Positions 34,909 to 39,360 of a stretch of DNA of 39,360 bases are shown here, in pieces. The notes beneath the pieces were generated by a model. That model saw only the letters and a program-made list of their open reading frames with translations, searched no databases and had not been told where the DNA came from. The stretch is from a bacterium. Its GTDB lineage: Bacteria > Pseudomonadota > Gammaproteobacteria > Burkholderiales > Burkholderiaceae_C. The stretch is taken from assembly GCA_030824095.1 (NCBI GenBank), contig JAVBYK010000088.1, forward strand, positions 1 to 39,360. The letters are read 5' to 3'. Position 1 is the first letter of the stretch; each line of letters starts with the position of its first letter. The position numbers and the translations under genes were made by a program.

Positions 34909-35595
34909 ATGAACATGAATGAACTATTTGCGGCGGGAGCAAAGCCAAAGTGGACGCGTCTACTCATAGGCACCGGGTTGTTCATCCCGAGCGTTGACAA
35001 CGCGCTATGCCGGGTGCGGCTCCAAGCGGGAGGGGCAGGCGGATTTCCTGCGGCTGGAACCTCTGGTGGCGGTGCCGGGGCGATGGTGGAGTTCTGGATA
35101 CGCGTCTCCATCACCGGCGTGGCGTATGTTGTCGGAGCGCCTGGTGGCATCGGTGCGGACGGGAGCAAGACAACGTTCGGTTCATTGGCGGCGCTGCCGG
35201 GAAAGACCGCCACAGGCGGCGGAGGGCAAGGTGGCTACGGAGGGATTCTTTCGTCATTTTCCGGGTCAGTAGATACGGACAGCGTATCCATACTGTTCAG
35301 CGGTGCACTCGATGGCGTGTCGGGCGGTTGCGGTGGCTATGACTCTGGCGGTGGGATGGTCGGACACCCGATTCCGAGAAATTCGCCTTACGCAACAAAC
35401 AACAGCGGCGGAGCATTCAACGACGCAAATCTGCGGTTCGACAACGGTCAGGGCGCAGCCAGCGGTGGCAATTCCTTTTACGGGAAAGGCGGTGTCAACG
35501 GAAGCGCCCCAGCTTCGGATGCCTACGGTGCCGGAGGTGGCGCAAACGCCGCTGGCCGGGGTGGCTGTATCGACATTGAAGACTTTGGAGCGTAA
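34909..35595 (+). CDS. Glycine-rich tail fibre-associated protein
   Basis: GGAGG, GGGAGA and YGAGGG repeats. Confidence 0.65.
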   Translation: MNMNELFAAGAKPKWTRLLIGTGLFIPSVDNALCRVRLQAGGAGGFPAAGTSGGGAGAMVEFWIRVSITGVAYVVGAPGGIGADGSKTTFGSLAALPGKTATGGGGQGGYGGILSSFSGSVDTDSVSILFSGALDGVSGGCGGYDSGGGMVGHPIPRNSPYATNNSGGAFNDANLRFDNGQGAASGGNSFYGKGGVNGSAPASDAYGAGGGANAAGRGGCIDIEDFGA

Positions 35596-35597
35596 CC

Positions 35598-36179
35598 ATG
35601 GCACGACAAGAAGTACTACCGGACGGCACCACCATCATCACCCTGGAGCGCTATGCGCAGTTGTCTGGCGAGGTTGGCGATCCGGTTCGCACCGTGATGC
35701 TGGTTATCGAGTCTGAGACCGATCCGGATGGCATCAATGGCAACTGGGTTGTGTGCGGCGACCATGGGCCTGGGAGCACAACCACGGACAACGGGGCGAC
35801 ATTTGAGGCGCCGGCCGTCGTGGATGCCGCTGTGCCAATGCACGCCACCAAGCGCGCCTTCCAGAACCGATTCCCAAAGCTGGCGAACGGCATCAGCACG
35901 AAGTGGGATGCCATGTGTCTGTTCCTGCAAGACGACGGCTACGCGGCATCTCTGGGTGTGACCGGCGCGACTCTGTACGAACTGCGCATGCTGATCACCA
36001 CCGGCCAGCAACGGCTCCATGCCAGCCCTTTCGTGGACATGGCCCCCACCGGAGAGGCGGCAGCGCTGACCCAGCTCCTGACCCAACCCGCCATTCCGGT
36101 GGACTTCCGTCTGACCGCTGGCGAACGCGCCGCCATGCTGGAGACCCCGCTGACTGAGTCCGAACGCTACAAGGGGTGA
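35598..36179 (+). CDS. Hypothetical tail-associated protein
   Basis: GGAG SD; position; TKRAFQNRF motif. Confidence 0.6.
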   Translation: MARQEVLPDGTTIITLERYAQLSGEVGDPVRTVMLVIESETDPDGINGNWVVCGDHGPGSTTTDNGATFEAPAVVDAAVPMHATKRAFQNRFPKLANGISTKWDAMCLFLQDDGYAASLGVTGATLYELRMLITTGQQRLHASPFVDMAPTGEAAALTQLLTQPAIPVDFRLTAGERAAMLETPLTESERYKG

Positions 36180-36182
36180 GCC

Positions 36183-36686
36183 ATGCGCTACGAAGACGCC
36201 AGAGACAAGATCAAGACCGGGGACATGCTGCTGTGGCGCGACCATGTCGGTGGGCCACTGCGGGGTATGGTGGAGCGCTGGATCGTGCGGCACGGAACCG
36301 CATCGCCCTGGACGCACGTGGGCGTGGCCTGGTCGGATCACGGTCGCGTTTGGGTCATGGAAATCACGACCAAGGGCTGCGCCCCTAGGCTACTGTCCGG
36401 CCAGGTTCCTTTTGACTGGGTGGCAGCACCAGTGGAGCTGTCAGAACGCGCCCTGACGTATGCCCATAGCTGCTTTGGGCAGTGGACCTACAGCCGCTGG
36501 CAGGCCGTGCTGGGTGCCCTGAAATGCCTGGTGATTGGGGCTGACACGTTGGGGCAGTGTGCTGAATACGCCTTGTCGATCTGGCGCCTCGACCGCATTG
36601 CCCCCACAGACACGGCCACTCCTGGTGCCTGCGCAGACGGTGGGCTCTTGAACTGGGGCAGCTCCCTGGTATCTGTAACGCCCTGA
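36183..36686 (+). CDS. Permuted papain-like NlpC/P60 (YiiX/YebB-like) protein
   Basis: KTGDMLL...S.WTHVG (His) preceding QCAEY (Cys), then TP. Confidence 0.75.
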   Translation: MRYEDARDKIKTGDMLLWRDHVGGPLRGMVERWIVRHGTASPWTHVGVAWSDHGRVWVMEITTKGCAPRLLSGQVPFDWVAAPVELSERALTYAHSCFGQWTYSRWQAVLGALKCLVIGADTLGQCAEYALSIWRLDRIAPTDTATPGACADGGLLNWGSSLVSVTP

Positions 36687-36706
36687 CCTGGTACTGCCTG
36701 GCAAAG

Positions 36707-36738
36707 TTCACCGGCCCATCAGCCAGGTGGATTTTTTT
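36707..36738 (+). terminator. Possible terminator of the tail operon
   Basis: Imperfect stem TTCACCGGC...GCCAGGTGGA followed by T7. Confidence 0.45.
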
Positions 36739-36810
36739 GCCTGGTCGGTAACTGGGCGCTGCCTACTTTCGTGACGGATAATTTCCTTTAGTCACATGAA
36801 AGCGCTAACC

Positions 36811-36859
36811 GACCCCATTTATCGCAGCGAATCGCGCTCAAATATCGCGGCGCGCTTCA
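36811..36859 (-). repeat. Right end, putative transposase-binding sites
   Basis: Reverse complement reads TGAAG-N8-GATATTT-N16-GATAAA, as at the left end. Confidence 0.75.
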
Positions 36860-36865
36860 CCAGGC
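36860..36865. repeat. Target site duplication, right copy (CCAGGC)
   Basis: Identical to 866-871. Confidence 0.93.
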
Positions 36866-37229
36866 CCAGCAGCTCATGCACCTTCTGCTTGATGACGGCC
36901 TCGCTGGGGCGCACGGCACGCGGCTTCATGCGCAGACCGAAGGCCACGTTGTCGAACACCGTCATGTGGCGAAACAGTGCGTAGTGCTGGAACACAAAGC
37001 CCACGTTGCGCTCGCGCACATGGACGTCGGTGGTGTCTTCGCCGCTGAACAGGATATTGCCCTGGTCGGCTGTCTCCAGCCCGGCGATGATGCGCAGCAG
37101 TGTTGTCTTGCCGCAGCCCGATGGACCCAGAAGGGCGACCAGTTCGCCGGACTCGATGTCCAGGCTGACATCGTTCAGCGCCTGGAAGGTGCCGAAGGCT
37201 TTATTGACGTTGCGAATGGCGATGCTCAT
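36860..37229 (-). pseudogene. cysA: cysA 5' fragment
   Basis: GPSGCGKT Walker A and VFQHYALF Q-loop; the frame runs into the prophage end and stops at 36819. Confidence 0.95.
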
Positions 37230-37243
37230 GGTTCTTCTCGGTT

Positions 37244-38131
37244 TCAGACGGTAGGGCGTTCGGGTGGCAATGCAGCGGCGGCCTTCTGGTCGCGCTCAAA
37301 TTGCCATTCGACAAAGGACTTGATCACCAGCGTGACCAGGGCCAGCAGCGCCAGCAGCGAGGCCACGGCAAAGGCCGCCACCGACTGGTATTCGTTGTAC
37401 AAAATTTCCACGTGCAGCGGCATGGTGTTGGTCTGGCCGCGGATGTGGCCGGACACCACCGACACCGCGCCAAACTCGCCCATGGCCCGCGCGTTGCACA
37501 AAATCACGCCGTAGATCAGGCCCCACTTGATATTGGGCAGCGTCACATGCCAGAAGGTCTGCCAGCCGGTGGCACCCAACACCTGGGCGGCCTGCTCCTC
37601 GTCAGTGCCCTGGGCCTGCATCAGCGGAATGAGTTCGCGCGCGATGAAGGGGAAGGTCACGAAGATCGTGGCCAGCACAATGCCGGGCACGGCGAATACG
37701 ATCTTGATGTCGTGCGCCTGCAGCCACGGGCCAAACCAGCCCTGGGCACCAAACATCAGCACATAGATCAGACCAGCCACGACGGGCGACACCGAGAACG
37801 GCAGGTCCACCAGAGTCGTCAGAAAGGCCTTGCCGCGGAACTCGTACTTCGCAATGGCCCAGGCTGCGGCCACACCAAACACCAGGTTCAGCGGCACGGC
37901 AATGGCGGCCGTGATCAAGGTCAGGCGGATGGCGCTCCAGGCGTCGGGTTCCTTGAAAGCTTCGAAGAAGGCCTCGGAGCCCTTGCGCAGGGCCTCGGTG
38001 AAGACGGCGGCCAGTGGCAGGATCAGGAACAGGAAGATGAAAGCCAGCGCCAGTCCGATGAGGGTGTAGCGCACCCATGCTGGCTCGGTGGTGCCGGCAC
38101 GTGCGGTGCGAATGCTATGCGTGCCGCTCAT
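37244..38131 (-). CDS. cysW: Sulfate ABC transporter permease CysW
   Basis: [20 protein letters not shown] and [16 protein letters not shown] motifs. Confidence 0.95.
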   Translation of the reverse strand: MSGTHSIRTARAGTTEPAWVRYTLIGLALAFIFLFLILPLAAVFTEALRKGSEAFFEAFKEPDAWSAIRLTLITAAIAVPLNLVFGVAAAWAIAKYEFRGKAFLTTLVDLPFSVSPVVAGLIYVLMFGAQGWFGPWLQAHDIKIVFAVPGIVLATIFVTFPFIARELIPLMQAQGTDEEQAAQVLGATGWQTFWHVTLPNIKWGLIYGVILCNARAMGEFGAVSVVSGHIRGQTNTMPLHVEILYNEYQSVAAFAVASLLALLALVTLVIKSFVEWQFERDQKAAAALPPERPTV

Positions 38132-39006
38132 GACTGGGCTCCTCCGCGCTTGCGCTGCCAGGCTTGCAGCGCGTTGATCAGCAGCAGCAGCGCAAACGAA
38201 ATCACCAGCAGCACGACAGCCACGGCGGTGGCGCCGGCATAGTCATATTGCTCCAGCTTGCCGATGATGATCAGCGGCGTGATCTCGGACACCATGGGCA
38301 TGTTGCCCGCAATGAAAATGACGGAGCCGTATTCCCCAATGGCGCGGGCAAATGCCATCGCGAAGCCGGTGAGCAAGGCAGGGCCTATGGTGGGGAAGAT
38401 GACGTAGCGAAAGGTCTGCCAGCGTGTGGCGCCCAGGCAGGTGGCGGCCTCTTCCAGCTCCTTCTCGGCGTCTTCCAGCACCGGCTGCACGGTGCGCACC
38501 ACAAACGGCAGACCGATGAAGATCAGCGCAATGACGACGCCGTTGGGATTGAAGGCCAGCTGGATGCCGCGCGGCTCCAGGATGCTGCCGATCCAGCCAT
38601 TGCTGGCCAAGAGCGCGGTCAACGAGATGCCGGCCACGGCGGTGGGCAGTGCAAACGGCAGATCCACCAGGGCATCAATGATCTTCTTGCCGGGAAAGGT
38701 GTAGCGCACCAGCACCCAGGCCACCAGCAGGCCAAACACGGCGTTGACCAGCGCAGCAATCAGCGAGGCGCCAAAGGTCAGCCGGTAGGACGCCATCACA
38801 CGCGGGCTGCTGACGGCAAACACAAACTGCTCCCAGGTCAGCGTGAAGGTCTTGAACACCAGAGCGGAGAGCGGAATCAGCACGATCACGCTCAGATAAA
38901 ACAGCGTGAAGCCCAGCGTCAGCTTGAAACCGGGCAGCACGCGGCGCGCGGGCCTTCGCGCTGGCTGTTGATTGGACAGCCAGTCCATTGGCAGCTTCTC
39001 GTCCAT
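38128..39006 (-). CDS. cysT: Sulfate ABC transporter permease CysT
   Basis: [21 protein letters not shown] and [12 protein letters not shown] motifs. Confidence 0.95.
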   Translation of the reverse strand: MDEKLPMDWLSNQQPARRPARRVLPGFKLTLGFTLFYLSVIVLIPLSALVFKTFTLTWEQFVFAVSSPRVMASYRLTFGASLIAALVNAVFGLLVAWVLVRYTFPGKKIIDALVDLPFALPTAVAGISLTALLASNGWIGSILEPRGIQLAFNPNGVVIALIFIGLPFVVRTVQPVLEDAEKELEEAATCLGATRWQTFRYVIFPTIGPALLTGFAMAFARAIGEYGSVIFIAGNMPMVSEITPLIIIGKLEQYDYAGATAVAVVLLVISFALLLLINALQAWQRKRGGAQS

Positions 39007-39360
39007 TTACTTGACCGTGTACAGCTTGTCGAACTGGCCGCCGTCATTGAAGTGCACCTTCTGGGCTTCGGCAAACGAGCCGAAGAACTCATCCACGGTG
39101 AACAGCTGGATGGGCTTGAAGGTGCTGGCGTATTTCTTCAGGATGGCTGGGTTGCTGGGACGGATGGCGTGCTGGGCGGCAATCTCCTGCCCGGCATCGG
39201 AGTAGAGGAAGTTCAGGTAGGCCCGGGCCTGTTCGGCCGTACCCTTCTTGGCCACGGTGCGTTCCACCACGGCGACCGGGTTCTCGGCCACGATGGAAGT
39301 GCTGGGGTGGATGGCGTCCACCTTGCCGGCGCCGAATTCCTTGTCCACCGACACCACTTC
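39007..39360 (-). CDS. sbp: Sulfate-binding periplasmic protein, 3' part
   Basis: SIVAENPVAVV, AYLNFLYS and HFNDGGQFD motifs; runs off the window. Confidence 0.9.
   Translation of the reverse strand, partial: EVVSVDKEFGAGKVDAIHPSTSIVAENPVAVVERTVAKKGTAEQARAYLNFLYSDAGQEIAAQHAIRPSNPAILKKYASTFKPIQLFTVDEFFGSFAEAQKVHFNDGGQFDKLYTVK

Larger units (their letters stand above)
872..36859. mobile_element. Transposable Mu-like (B3/BcepMu-type) prophage, apparently complete
   Basis: TG...CA termini, 6-bp TSD, DDE transposase plus AAA ATPase, gemA/mor, Mu-type portal/F/G/I/T/gp36 genes, and a tail module. Confidence 0.96.

Noticed and set aside
34237-36686. Diversity-generating retroelement or invertible tail-fibre cassette
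   Set aside because: No reverse transcriptase, TR/VR pair, invertase or flanking inverted sites were seen.
36819-37229. 136-aa ORF as an intact small ABC ATPase
   Set aside because: It is the 5' half of cysA reading into the prophage end; the signature motif and Walker B are at 102..871.

Overview
The window is dominated by an apparently complete transposable (Mu/B3/BcepMu-like) prophage at 872..36859 (35,988 bp). It has TGAAG...CTTCA termini and is flanked by a 6-bp target duplication (CCAGGC). It is inserted into the middle of cysA in a minus-strand sbp-cysT-cysW-cysA sulfate ABC transporter operon of a GC-rich host (probably a betaproteobacterium; this is inference). The layout is unusual. 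The lysis-terminase-portal-F-G block points leftward at the left end. The repressor, accessory genes and early operon (transposase, ATPase, gemA, mor) sit in the middle. The protease-capsid-siphovirus-type tail block points rightward. Both late blocks are preceded by the same dyad, centred about 44 bp before a start codon that lacks a Shine-Dalgarno sequence. The most interesting signal is a shared ~20-aa motif (V-G/D-x-V-N/H-G-Q...N-x-G/A-P-x-Y/F-F). It occurs at the C-terminus of the repressor and at the N-termini of the next two co-oriented genes, an arrangement reminiscent of amyloid/RHIM-like signalling pairs. All family assignments come from recognising sequence motifs and gene order; no database searches were run.
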